Shown one piece after another: positions 14,238 through 27,719 of a stretch of 64,000 nt of DNA. The notes beneath the pieces were generated by a model. The model did not search any database. It was not told the DNA's origin and worked only from the letters and a program-made list of their open reading frames with translations. Source of the stretch: Phoronis australis (lineage: Eukaryota > Animalia > Phoronida). The translations under genes were made by a program, and so were the position numbers. The stretch covers positions 1 through 64,000 of the forward strand of contig NMRA01000032.1 of NCBI GenBank assembly GCA_002633005.1, written 5' to 3'. Position 1 is the first letter of the stretch; the number at the start of each line of letters is the position of its first letter.

Positions 14238-14837
14238 CTATAAGAAGAATGACACAGTTACCTTAGTGGTAACGTTCTATCCCTAGCTAGTTTCAATTGT
14301 ATCTACTTTTGCCAAAAAGATTCATCTTGTGTTCACTCGTGACCCCATTTGACCGACCTTATATTCTCAAACCAGCCCTTCTCGGAGAGTCCCCCAATGT
14401 CACCGAGGCGATCGATCACTAACTGTTGTGTCAACGATTACAATTACTCCTTTGGGACATTTCCATGCGGGGTGCATTCCCTCGTCATCGAACTTCTACG
14501 CAAATTCTCGGAGACGGAGCGAGGTTCACAGATCCAAGCGGCACCTCATCAAGTTTTTCAACTATTTTGACGTCCAATCTTCTGGTTTTTATGATTTTTA
14601 AGTTGATTAAATGCTCCCGGAGTGGTATATAGGCAACACTGGAGTGTCCACATCCCAAGCAACGCAGACAAGCAAAACGAGAGCGCTCCGAGGAGCGAAA
14701 CTTGGCAAACTTAACGTCTTTTTCTCTTCCCGTTTAAAATCGCACTCCAGCACGACTGAAAATGGGTCAACATGCGCCAGATCCGCCATCTTGAAAGCAA
14801 CTTCCGGTTTTTTGGATTTGTATAATAGCATGTCATA

Positions 14838-15278
14838 AGAAACTAATACCTGTGAAAATTCGAAGGAATTGGTCTTATAATGCGCCCTCTAGAGGAGAAA
14901 ACATTTTAGGCCAAAATCGAGGTGCGCATGCACGATCGCCGATATTTCCGCCATCTTTGATTGGAAGTAAACAATTTCCGGAATACTTGTAGAAAACTCC
15001 CGGTCCATTTACTGTGCCGATTCTTAGCCTTTTACGTAAAAAATTGTAGCCTCCAGAAACATTTGAACCTTGAAATGAAAACAAAATGGCCGCCACAGCC
15101 GCCATCTTGGATCCGATTTTGACGAAAAACAATAGGCTTCCAGTACTTCCGGAAATACGTGTTATGTGTAAATTTCGTGATGATCGGACGAAAATTGCGA
15201 CCTGTATCGTGCGAACAAACAAAAAAAACTTAGTGGAAGAGCAACATACTTCGCGAAATTTATTTCGCCAAGTAAAAT
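14838..15278 (+). mobile_element. Helentron/HINE-like non-autonomous element
   Basis: Terminal hairpin TACTTCGCGAAAT-TT-ATTTCGCCAAGTA followed by an A run, with internal AAAATGGCCGCC/GCCATCTTG motifs. A similar hairpin end lies at window positions 1-20. Confidence 0.5.
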
Positions 15279-15898
15279 AGGACAGTTCCTTGACGAGATC
15301 TAGTGATCCAATGCGTAGATGTACAGTAATGATTAAAGTTCAAGTTTACCTAGGCACCATGAACTACCAGCACAGTGACCGCTTTGAATCTATTGGTCCA
15401 GAGATAAAGGAGTTTTTGGTATCGACATTAGTTGAACGCGTCAGCCTACTTCAAGCAATGAAGAACGCTCGTTATGATGTAGCGTGTTTCGGTAACAGTG
15501 CAGAAAGAAAATGCATTGACAGATTAGAATCATTGTGTCTATCAATTGGACAGCCTTTTTCATGCTGTCGTACTTACCGGAACAACATCCACCAATAACC
15601 AAAACAAACCCACACAAGTTTGACAGTGGCTACAAAGCTACGTTTTCTCCAATGAGATAAATACAATATGGATCCCGGCACGACCAGAAGAATGTTACCG
15701 TTGTGTTAACGTACTACCTCGTCTTTTTCAATTGCCTAATTTTCCCAAGAACGTGCGTCCCTTTGACCCCCTTTTGGGTACTATCTTCCAAAACCACCCC
15801 TTCCTTTATTTAGAAATTCATCCAATGTCACGCAGACGCTTACTAACAGATGTGCTAAGGATAACACCCTCTGGGATATTTTCATACGGACCCTCACC

Positions 15899-16046
15899 CA
15901 TGGGCGGCGCAGCACTGAAACAAATGGGGGCTAAAGCCCCGCAGCCCCCTTTTGGTGCACTGCCCACAGACCATGGGCGGTGCAGCCCTGAAAAACTTGG
16001 GGGCTATAGCCCCCCCCCCCCCCCCCCCTATGGTGCACCGCCCATG
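15899..16046. repeat. Tandem pair of short GC-rich palindromic elements
   Basis: CATGGGCGGYGCAGC..TGCACYGCCCA occurs twice. Confidence 0.7.
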
Positions 16047-16194
16047 CCACCCCCCTTGTAAACGTATATTACCGGAGTACAGGTCTTCTGGGGGCCGGTT
16101 TGTTATAGGTTGGATAAATACAACCGAATATTATGTAGACTAGATATGAGGATCACTTCACATCCGCATCACACGCACACAACGGCTCGATCTG

Positions 16195-16910
16195 TCTCTC
16201 AATATCGGACTCACACAGAGACTACCCTGTGACAGATTGAAAGAACATCATACCTCATAGAAAGGCAACATATATAGGCATTGTGTTAGCAACAATCACC
16301 AAGCCAATTCAGTTAGTGTTGTTTGCACTGAAATTAATAAGGAATCACTGTATATTAAAGAGTCACTGGCCATTCAGAACCAGCATGCTGCTGATTCACT
16401 GAACAAGATGCAGAGCTCAGTGACCCTGAAAATATGGTGATGACCAGCTACTGACTACTCTGTATCTCTCACTTCACTTCATGGATGTCACCTGAGATGT
16501 ATGTTGGCACTTGTTGTTCTATGTAAATATCCCAGGGGCTGATCTAGAATACCACTAGGGGGGCCGACATCCTCGGGGAAATGGGCAAAGCGTGTTTGTA
16601 TGTGCACGCAGGCGGCCCGGAAGGTGGCGGAGGCCGAGGATGTATACTCTCTGTTCGGGAAATCTATGGTTGGACTAAAAAAACCCCGGAACGTGTTTTC
16701 CTGTTACCCCTCTCGTCTGCAGCCGGTCCTAGCTGCTGAACTCTATATTTTCTTACGCTTCACTCTGTTTCTCTCGTTCATTTTGCCTGCGGCAGCCAAG
16801 GGGTGGGGGAGGGCCTATGTATCCTGATGATGTCTAACGAATACACGAAACTTTGATTTATCATGAACTTCTTCATTTGTGCGGCGATCGTCCGGTTTTT
16901 AATCTTATAA
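16195..16910 (+). mobile_element. Penelope-like 3' fragment, copy 2, interrupted by a ~290 bp insertion (about 16531-16818)
   Basis: Decayed Y(I)GLTQR..DRLKEH (YIG motif), in-frame stop, hammerhead motif at 16821-16857, and clear alignment to copy 1. Confidence 0.75.
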
Positions 16911-17483
16911 GATAATTTTCTAATTGGTAAAAATTTACATAGTAGAAACAGTTTCTGTGGATCCTATTAATCAGAAGCAAATGAACCGCAGTTGTCACGA
17001 TATCTCATGTAACCGCTAATTGACAAGCATACCTGTCACACACAATTAAAAAATTACACTTTTACTCCATAATGGTACATCTACATTTTGGTGGGTAACA
17101 TTTTTCAATTGGCGTCTATTTCACGATAATTCAGTTTTAGACGACAGGTAATGCATGTTTATCTGGAGAGAGCAAAATAAGAACCCGTTACCATTTTGGC
17201 AAAGACTTTTAAGTCTCTGCCAAAACGTTATAAGCTCTTTGAATCGTGAAAGCGTGTAGGCATAGAACGTTATTGGTTCGAATTTTACCAGAACCGACAG
17301 AGAACATTGAAACCAAACCGAATCGTAACAATTAATAGTTGATGCATCTCTTGCCTTTTCGTGATAGTTTGCATCAGAGGCATTCGTCTACGTGCTTCTG
17401 TACAAAGTGACAAGTGTAAATGGCCGTCAGTCGTATTTACCAATTAAAGTTTAAAGCTGACATGTTCTTGCGACCATTGCAAC

Positions 17484-19855
17484 CATAGACATCACATAGA
17501 CCGGGCGCACGCGCTCCTACCGCTGACAACATGACGCCATATTGGAGAGTGCTACTAGTCACGTGACACGGCTAATTGCCGTGTAAACAAACGGGACAAA
17601 TTGTCCTTTTCAAAGCGCGATATCTAACAAATAAAGAGGCCGATGAAAATGATTTTTCCAGAAACATACTAAAACATGCTATGTAGCACTTACAGGCGTT
17701 TTTTTAAGATTTAATCAGTCGATAGGGAAAATATCAAACTATTAGAAGATCGCAACCAGTGGCAAATTTTCGAGTGGCCTGAGAGGCTGCACACCTGTCA
17801 ATCCACTGCAAGCGTTTTATTTTTTCGTTCATTTCAAGAGAAACCACTGAGATCGCGCAACTTTATCATTTAATTCGTGTCACTCGATGCAAAAACATTA
17901 TATCCAGGAGAAGTGCCGCTCACTCGGGACGTACCTTCGTTGTGCCCCAGTAAGCATTTTCAGAGTGTTGAACAATGACCCCGGGTAACTTTGTAAAATT
18001 AATATATGACCCGGATTGATTTCAAAAGAGTCTAAATTTTATGTGAATTTCTGCGAAAAATGACTTCATTTGGGTCATATAAATAAATGACAGTTTTTAA
18101 AGTTCATTAGGGCGCTCTCCCGTTCAGTTAGCGGTTGTGAGCGTGTGATAATATTTAGCTCCTTTGTTAACTGCCGAGCATAGTCATTTTGTCTGGTACG
18201 ACAACATGCAGATAAATTATCTACCAGGCTTATAACCGATCACATGTGAACACAGTCAAACCCAGTACGTTGATACGTTCGGATAGAATAGATTGTTTTA
18301 ACTTCGATTGTAGTTGGGCGATTTTGGTGATTCAAAAACTATAAGCTAGATCAGTATTTGATGGACAATTAAGAAATGTCATTGGTTTATGTTCAAACAT
18401 TTTATAACTTAACTTATTTTTAATAGCACAGCCCAGTGAGGATATAAGATACGATCTTATCGAAGATTAGAGCAATTATCGTACAAAAGAGAGCTGACCG
18501 AGATCTTCTAATCCTAATAGCGAGAATGGGCTTAATCAGTTTTCTACAGCGGTTATCCGCTCAACTTGTTGTGATATACAACTTAACAAGTTAGACTCAA
18601 CAGGGGAACGGCGTAGCGTAGAAAACAAAGAACACAGACTCAATTCCTTTCCTGTGCATCGCTCGGAATTGGCAACAAACAAATATTTTACTCGCACGCT
18701 CGATATTCCTCTCTCACGGATCTGAAGACTCCCCGATCAAGCACCAGGCACTTGTTGGCTTCGGACTGTTGCGATCCATTCCCGCTCTTAATCTGATATG
18801 CGTAGGCCTACTGCGCGACCCTCAGGCCTAGAAATTTAAAATAAATTCTTTTCTCACGCACGCTGTTTGCTTATCCCAACCCCCTGTTGCGGGGAATCGT
18901 TGCATAATGACGGGACAAGTTTTCACGGACATGGGGTCATTTTTTCATGGGCTGAATATTCTTCACATTAAATTTAGACCCTGTGAAAAAACTAACCGGG
19001 GTCATTTTTTACGGAGTCATAATTAATGCGGCTATATCGGCTCGGTTGGGTATACACGTATTTCCATTCAGTTTCAAGTGGGAAATTCTGTATTTTGGGT
19101 AAAGGTTGGATGCGCAATTCAATGGTACTGGTTTGTTATTTTGGTTATTATGCACATTACTTTTTGCACAAGTTTCGTCACAAATCAGAGAGCTCGTTAG
19201 CCATCAGTACAAATATACAAAATTTCCAATTCCAACTTCGACATAAGTACATATTTTGCAGAGATTTGTCTGTTTTGACACAACAGAAAATATCTGATTT
19301 TGGAATACATAGTAAGAAATGAGTTGTTAATGCAGTATATATTTCAATAGAGAATACACTATTCACTTAGATGTACTGATTTCGATGCCCCGGCTGACGA
19401 GTAAGTTCGGGGATGTTATTTTTCAGTACAAGTATGATTGTCAATAATACTAAATATTTACTTAAATATAATTAGAAAACAGAGTCATCATTGGATAATA
19501 ATCATATGCTGGTTATTAATTATCTTTTTAATTGATCTTTTATGGTTTCAATAACCAAGACTGATGTGGAAATAACGCATATAGTCGCTCCGCTTAAATT
19601 ATGGTGGCGGAACATAAAAACCTAGTTGCAGCACCAATAAACTCCATTGCCGAACCAAAAAACCCATGACTCAATGGGAGGACCTGCAAGCTTAACACTG
19701 CGAGCCCGCCGATTTTCTGACTGATGCCGTAGGGCACCCAGTGTTTTCCGCCATTTATGTCCTGTGTAGCACTCTCCAATATGGCGTCATATTGACAAGG
19801 CGAGCTGCACGTATCTGAGTGGCGCGCGCCCTGTCTATATATTAAGATGTCTATG
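17484..19855. mobile_element. Non-autonomous P-/hAT-like DNA transposon with 8-bp TSD
   Basis: Termini CATAGAC..GTCTATG, subterminal inverted ATGACGCCATATTGGAGAGTGCTA, and exact ATTGCAAC duplication at 17476-17483 and 19856-19863. Confidence 0.85.
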
Positions 19856-22298
19856 ATTGCAACAGTCGACGATTGTCGGCTATTTAAACGCCACCACTGC
19901 CCGTCAATTGCCCAACTACATGTACACAGTAAATGTCTAGCTTTGGTTGCATCAGGCAAGCTTAGCCATCACATCACGGCTGCGCCCTGATACGCCGTAA
20001 AACGTAACAATTTAGCAAATACATTTTCTGTCATTGTTACATTTTACGTTGCAACGCCTCCCTTAAAATGTAACAAGTTGTTTTAAGTAAATTGTAACAA
20101 TCACATAGAATGTAACAAGTTGTTACATTTTATGTGATTGTTACAATTTACGTCGAATGCACTTGCAAGAAATGTACCATTGTTACATTTTACGAAAGCA
20201 ACGTCATATTTCATGAGTTTGCATGATATTTGGCACACGGAGGAAAACCGTTAACACCTGACGCCTTTTTATCGGTGTGTGTGTGAAAGAAATTCTATCA
20301 AATGTGCCAGGTCGAATTTATTGATGTGACCCTGTGTGATTTCAATGGTTTTTAACATGAGTAGTTTTATGGTATTGTCAAAAATGTATAGCGTACAATT
20401 TCAACACGACACGAAAGTGGCTTCCAGGATCAGGTAACATTTTTTTTATTGTTAAAGCGTTCTTGCAATCTTTTGTCGACACTCACAGGTCATAAACCAG
20501 TTGTGTATACTGCATTACAGTAAACACAATTCCCTTGGTAAGCACAACAATGACATTGTATTTGGCTATTTGTGGTAGAAGGAAATATATGTACGCATTT
20601 AAATGTATTTGCCGAGAGGTTGACAGAGTTATTCAATTCAACAGCAAATATAGACTTTGAGACGGGCGAGTCAATAGTGGCGGCGCAGTGGCGTGTTTTA
20701 TTCAGCTTAAAAGCCGGGCTGAGAGAAATATCTGATGTCAAACCGGTCTGAAATAGTAGTAACAACAGGTCAAACTGTGACGTGTATACGTAAAAATGGG
20801 ATGCCTAGCCGGGTAAATAGAAAATATTTTGCACTCTGAAATGACATGATCATTTCGACCAAGCCTGGTCTGGGTCGATAGTTTAAAGGGACAGTAGTCC
20901 AAAAAAGATGGCTACAAAGGCATGCACTTTCTTTTTCTATTTAAAATTGCTACTTGGTCAATATTTGTTAGTTCGAAGGGCATACGTGTATAAACAAAAA
21001 GATTGGACATTCTGTTATTAATGGCCGTGAAGTCACGTGTCCCATGAGGCGCCATTTTTGTGTTGCAGCTCGCAGATAGGGGAATTTGGTTTATTAGCCC
21101 CGTTGATACGTTGAATTAAAAGCTCATATTAAACATCACTGACTTTGGCATTGGCCGTTTTTGCTCCATAAAATCCACTTTCAATGAAACCTAGTTCAAC
21201 TCACTCTTTTAAAGTACTAGGTTTTAATAAGAACATTGGGGCCCGTTCTACATAAAGTCGTTGTATGTTTTAGTGTACAGTGTATGTCCGTTACCAGCTA
21301 TTCTAATGAACCGGTGACCGCAGCCGTTAGTTCTCGAAAAATGTCTGCCTCCGGAGTTCAACTTAACGCAATTTTTGAACTTACACATAATCGTGGAACG
21401 ATCCCCAGTTCTTTTAAAACAAGAGGCAAAAATGATTACACGATGGATATCCTCCTCACGTTTAGAAATAAGTAAAACTTTGCGGTCTGAGTTCAGTTCT
21501 TTGTGGGTGGCAAACTACAGATGGATAAANGTGCTTCGAGAGAACTGACAATTCTTTATTGCTTGAAACTAGGCTCGTCAACTTGGCTTGTCATTTCAGG
21601 TAACGAGCTTGGTCATTATGAACTGACAAATCTTCAGTGCTATCCCAGAAGCCACTATTCGCAAACAAATTTGACTTCGCCAAACTACTTCCACCCCCTC
21701 GCTCAGTTTCTATCGCCACCGTTACAAGAACTCCCGCTCGATATACATGGAGTATACGGTCATGTGCAAATTCCTTACAAACAACTCCTAGTAAGGATCT
21801 TCAAAAGAAGTACTTTTCTTGCTATACTATGGGAAAAAGTAATATTTCATAACGAACCATCTGAAATAGTCCTTTGGTGGTCTTTACGTTCTTCAAAATT
21901 CCACCTTTTCGAAGGCGGTCAATCCTATTTCATTTTTTCATATTTTTTGGTTGTTCGGGTCGAATATCTTGATACTGTTGTGCTGTGCACAAATATTTTG
22001 TGTTTTTGATGAATTTGTAATCTCAGCTTCTCCTCGTAAATAGGCTACTTGGCAGTGTCATGTCGAAGGTTTATAGAGGGGCAAAAGGACAATTCCCCCA
22101 AGGCCCGAAACGCGCCACCGAGAGAGGGTAACGTCTAAAATGGGAGTCACCATACGATGAAACGCTAAACGCCATTCAGCTTGGAAAGGCAGTGACATTT
22201 TATTTTATATTCATGTGACCCTGCAAAAAGTGACTTCCTTCAACACGAAAGCCTTGTTTTTTCCAAGAAATTCAGTTCATAAGATTCGGAAAAAGTGA

Positions 22299-22925
22299 AA
22301 ACGAAATGGACCTTACCTAGAAATGTTGTGTGACATAATTGTTGAAGAATTATTACCCCCTCAATTTTCTGTGTGGAGGTTAACTTGATTCGCCAAAGAA
22401 TCCCAATCAAAACTTTTATAAAGCTATAAGTTCCTTGCCTTGAATATGTAGTAAAGTTTGTGCGAATTTCATTATTGGCCCCAGTCATGGTAGCTTTTTG
22501 CTTCTCAAAGTTAACCAAGTTAAAGCATTTGTTTTGTCTCTAAAAGTTACATTAGACATTATGAATATGTACTGCACCAACTTTCGTAGATGAGCTCAAA
22601 AATTGAAGATTTTGAAAGCGATTTTGGTCTAAGTTTGTACAAAAATGTTTACGAATTCTAGCTGTGGCTCCATTTATGCTAGGTTTTTGGCTTTCATATT
22701 TTATCAAGTTATAGAACACCTGTTTTCTTGTAAAATATTTACTGACTTCTCAATAAAAGAAAACTTGTCTTAGCATGTTTCACTGCTAACCAATAAACTT
22801 ATAGCTCATAAAAGTTATTGATTGGGATTATTTGGCGAATCAAGCAACACAGAAAATTCAGGGGGTAATAATTCTTCAACTTCAATTATGTCACACACCA
22901 TTTCTAGGTATGGTCCATTTCGTTT
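22299..22925. mobile_element. MITE with ~130 bp TIRs
   Basis: AAACGAAATGGACC..CTATAAG is inverted at about 22798-22925. Confidence 0.8.
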
Positions 22926-25900
22926 ATGGGCCTACAAAGAATTATGGGCTGTAGAAAAATCAGTTATTTTCACAATGCACTGAGATAATTCCTTGAAGGA
23001 TATGTTAAAACTGGATTGGTAACCCAAAAATAAGTGAGAAACATTAAATATTAAGCCAAAATCGATGGAATATCACTAATTTAGGAGTCTGTAATAGGGC
23101 AGTGTTTAAATATACACTCACACACACACACCCGTATATACATAAAGACTAGGTCCCTATGCCTTCGTTGTATGAGAAAAACAAACGTCAGTTCCAGTCT
23201 TTCTGGTGCCAGCCAGAATAAAGTCACATTTCAGTGTGACGTTTTTGCGATTTTGCAAAAATGTTTAATTAAAAATAGGGTACTAAATTCGCAAGTTTTG
23301 CTAAAGATACCAAGGCCTTCAATTTCTTTGGTCAAGAAATAATTTTCTTCGACATTTTTAGTTTTTGCGAATTGTCAAGACATTTTTGATAGGCCTACGA
23401 ATTGAAAACTGTTTGCTCTATGGTTTGATATGCACCTTATTTCAATTCACGCAGGATACTCGTTCGTCTTGTTCCCGCATTCCTACTACATATATATTTG
23501 CAAGTCCCTTGATATACAACACTATGGAATATAACAGATTTAGAATAGTCTTGTTTACCAATGATTGATCTCAAGCTTTCATTTTCGGAGCTCTCCACGC
23601 GCTCAGGGCGCATTCAAAGATTTTTAATCAGCGAATTCAGTTTCCTTAGCAAGAAAGTGTACATGCTGTGAACATTCCCACTAAATAAAATTGGTTCTAA
23701 CCCCAGTGGTTAAGATAAACGGTGGGGCATGGAAAATTGAACTAGACCGTATTTATCCACCTTGGCCGAGTCGCGCTCGGCTCACGATCAAAGGGATGCC
23801 GCCAAGCTGCTCTAGTCATCGAGTCACGAGCGAGGATAATTGGCTTCGCTCATGCGGATATGATCAGCTGATTACAATCTAGCTAGCAGACTGTACTTTT
23901 TATGGAGAGAGTTTTACGTAGTTTTTACTGTAATATTTGAAAAGAGTAGCGAAAACAAATATGAGTACAACTTTGAATTTTTCAAATCGGCCCAGGATAA
24001 GAGATTTTGCAACACAGTAACACTCACGATTACTTTCATTCGGCGCGCACTAATACAAAAATATAGGACCCAAGTTATTTAGATTTTGGAACACATGCAT
24101 TGCAATATTCAAAATACATTTATTATGAATCTAACAAGCTGTAAAACGACGTTGTTAATTTCATTGTGTTCATTCATTGTCATCCGTCAAATCCGCAATT
24201 TCCGAGATGTGATCTGCGGCGTGCGCGAATGTGTACAAAACATGTGATTGTTATGTTCCTGAAGTACATGTACGAAAATTAAGAAGGCTTCAACATGCCG
24301 TTATTATTGACAGGGACACGATAAAACGAATTTGGATTTTGACTATAGTCTTGATACAGCGATCTGACTGACCACTGCGTCACTGTCTCCGTTAGACCCA
24401 GAAATTTCACACAGCCCGGGTAGTTCATTGACATATAAGATACATGTATCATTTTCACTATTACACCGTATCTTATATGTCAATTGTCATTTTGTGCTTG
24501 ATTTTACTTTATTTCTGTTTTTGTTGATAAAGGAAGTTGTTACCTCCGAAAATTTCAAATTTCAGTTGATCCATTCTTGTTGTTTTATTTACCTATTTAT
24601 ATTCTTCATTTCATGAAACAATAGTATCCTTGGGAGGATCTGGATCGCCTTATTTAGTTTCAGATATATTTTCTACAGTATTTTTGACATATTCTTGAAG
24701 GAAATTCAGTACAAGCGAAAAAAAAAACGCTCAGATCGGAGTGACGACAAAGAGCGTCTTCACCGCGACGGGCGTAAGGTCGGGCGACGCCCAGGACAGG
24801 AAATGAAATTCAGAAATATTTTAATCTTATGAATCAATTATAAGTATATAGTCTACAGAATGTCACTTTTTGAAAGAGCTTTTTACTAATTTGCCTTTCA
24901 ACAGAGGACTCCTCGGTCCGGATGCACTCCACGGCAGTCAGGGGCACGAACCCCCTAGCTAACGGGACTCCTACCCGCAAGTAGAGAGAAAGAGACAGAC
25001 AGAGCCACACAGAGTGTGACAGGTTTATTAACATAAGTAATATTAGCTCATAATACAGTTTACAGAGTACAATAAAACAAACAAAAGCATGATCACAACC
25101 CGCAAAGTATATAGGCCATATGTGCGCAAGCCTACTGACCGGCGACTGATTTGAAGTAAATCTAATTACAATTCATTTACCAATGTCTAACATAACAATG
25201 GCAACTGACTAAAATCGTTACATTATCACACACGTAGTGAATTTCTATTTTTAGGCTTATTTTACAGCTGTGCTTTGCCGTCTTCGTTTGGGAAGAAATT
25301 CCATACCTTAGACAAAGACACTAACAAGACTATTCACCATGGCCGCCGCCATTATTGTGTCATGGACCGTGGCGACACCTAGCGGGTGAGTGTGGGCCGA
25401 CGAAGTACGCAAGACATTGACTATGGCCGATCTTAGTTTGTCAAATTTAAAATTGTCAGTGAAGTGTCTTTGTTTAAAATATTGAAAACAAAAAACACGA
25501 GCACTGTAATGGAAAAATACACATGGCAAAATATAGAGTAAACCAAGAAAAAATTGGGCAGCAAAGGTAATATAAATTACGAGAAATACATCATAAGCAG
25601 GAGGCCGGAGACTCAGTAATAAGAGCTGAGCAGATGAAAGTAGGTTATTGGAGTATGTGCAGGTACCAAACCTGTAGGATTTTGTCCAGGGGGGTCAGGA
25701 ACTGCTGAAGAAGAGATAGGAGTGGGGGTTGTCCCTCAACCAATTGAAAGGTTGGGGGCAGAGATAGCTTTTTTCCACCAATATTCCAGGTGTTAATATC
25801 AATTAATTAACAATTAATTATGCAACCTTTCAACACACAAACTTTGTTTAAAAATAAAATGAAAAAATTAGTAGATCTTTCTTTCGAAAATTCACACCTT

Positions 25901-27049
25901 AAAGACGTTCTAGATTCAAGCAGTTTTGTCTGTGCCCATTAACATGAAACTGTCCCAAATATCGACCCAACAGGGTCATATCTAGGATTTTTTAAAGGGG
26001 GAGGGTTGACCCCCCCCACCCTGGATCCGCCTGTACTCAACTGAGTTTGTAAATCTTTTAGGCATCTTTTTGTTTTTTGCTTACAGTTTTTATATTTTTC
26101 TATCATTTTATCTTTATTATGAGCTGCTCTTTTGACTTAAGACGTTTTATAATAATATAGCTAAAATCTGATCTCTTAATTCAGTCAAAACATTTAGGGA
26201 CTTAGTCCTTAAATTAGGCGCATTGCACGAAAAGATCCCTACTTATTCTCAATGATGTTGAGAATTCAATGTAAAAAAACTCCCCAAAACGTAGTAGTTT
26301 TAGGGAACAGTGGAGTCGCTATTTGGGACTGATTCACTGCACCCCAAGCATCCGTGCCCGATGGTATCTGAAATAGGCAGCGAATTGGGGTGAATTGTGG
26401 TGAATGAAACTGGAGGCAAGAGGGGCAAGGGTTCCAAACCAGCAAGAGATGGAATTCCTGCCAGAAGTCCAGTAAACCTGCCTTGTATGCCCCTACAAAA
26501 CAGCCAAGATGCCTATTGAATACGCAATCCATTTCTGGTATTTTTACGATGCTTTCCAGCTCTCGCAAATCATTCACACCAGCAGTTAGTTCGGCAGGCC
26601 AACTTCAAAGTAAACAACACAACGACGCCTTATTCCCTGACTTGATGTTTTAAGACCCATGTCAAAACAAAAATCTAAACAAACGACATCGTCACTGGAG
26701 TGTAACAAGTTTCCAAGGTACTACACATACTGCCGAAGTGCTCACAGATGTATTGCTCAATGTGCCTTTAAAAGAACACTTCCTTCACCACTTCCTATGG
26801 CAAATAATCAAGTAGGTTACCAAACCATAAAAGTAATATCTATTATGCACTGAAGTCCATATCATGATCATATTATATAGATTATTGATCAACGACAGCC
26901 AGGATGTTGACTGTATGACAAGATTTAATTTAAATAAGTAACAGCAAATAAACAAAAATAAATAATAATAATAAATAATCAAGAATAGATATAAAAACAA
27001 ATATATGATAAAAAACAATAATAAAATTAGTAAATAATAGTAAATTTTA

Positions 27050-27539
27050 TTTATCTTTTAGATCTGAATGTATTAAGACTGCATAACGAAATGAAAAAAA
27101 TACAAGCATCAATGGGCATATAATATACTAATCAGTAGTTCTAAAAATCATGCAAACAATTTATGATAATTTTCTATATCAGCAATCAAATGCAGGAAAC
27201 AGTAAAGACATTAAGTTCAAATCACCCAGTCCATCACTGAATGACTGGCAACAGTTTCAAGCAGAAATATCCTGTTTCAAGCATGAACATCACCTATCTT
27301 AATCATTGAGGAAGCAAAAATGCTTTAGTCACGAATTTTCAATTAACTGTTGCTACAGCCGTAGGCAGTGCAAAAAGCACCATTGCTTTTTTACTGACGG
27401 GAGCCGTGATATCTTGCCACATTTGTTTATTGCACGCACACTCGCTAGACGTCTCTACGGTCCATGAAACAACAATGTCCGCCAGTGACTGTCCGATACG
27501 ATTTCGCTGGGTGGACTGTCTCCCTATCTACGGTCTCTG
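27050..27539 (-). mobile_element. THAP-domain (P-element-like) transposon left-end remnant A
   Basis: Starts CAGAGACCGTAG. Decayed KKSNGAFCTAYGCSNS..SIF.FLND*DR ends at an AG|GTGA donor. Paralogous to remnant B. Confidence 0.65.
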
Positions 27540-27719
27540 ATGGTAGCACCAAAGATGCTGCAGTTACTGGCGCAATGCCTAATCCGACAGCACCACTGAC
27601 AATTCCCTCTACAGTTACATGCACAATAGGGACCGCTGGGTGCAGACTTTTCGGCATCCCCGCTTGACTTACTTTCTCATGCAAGTCCACAACTTTCTGA
27701 AATGTATGAATACAAAAAT

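Noticed and set aside
15732-16143. Proline-rich ORFs
   Set aside because: They arise from the poly-C run of a short repeat element.
19385-19415. Hammerhead core CTGACGA
   Set aside because: No downstream GAAA or stem II.
21503-22009. 168-aa ORF
   Set aside because: Overlaps a non-coding TIR-family repeat, contains an N and has no recognisable motif.
27540-27697. Apolipoprotein-L-like GLGIAPVTAASL peptide, or a Cys-rich CXC-like peptide in another frame
   Set aside because: Two incompatible weak readings of one short segment between THAP remnants; neither can be supported.
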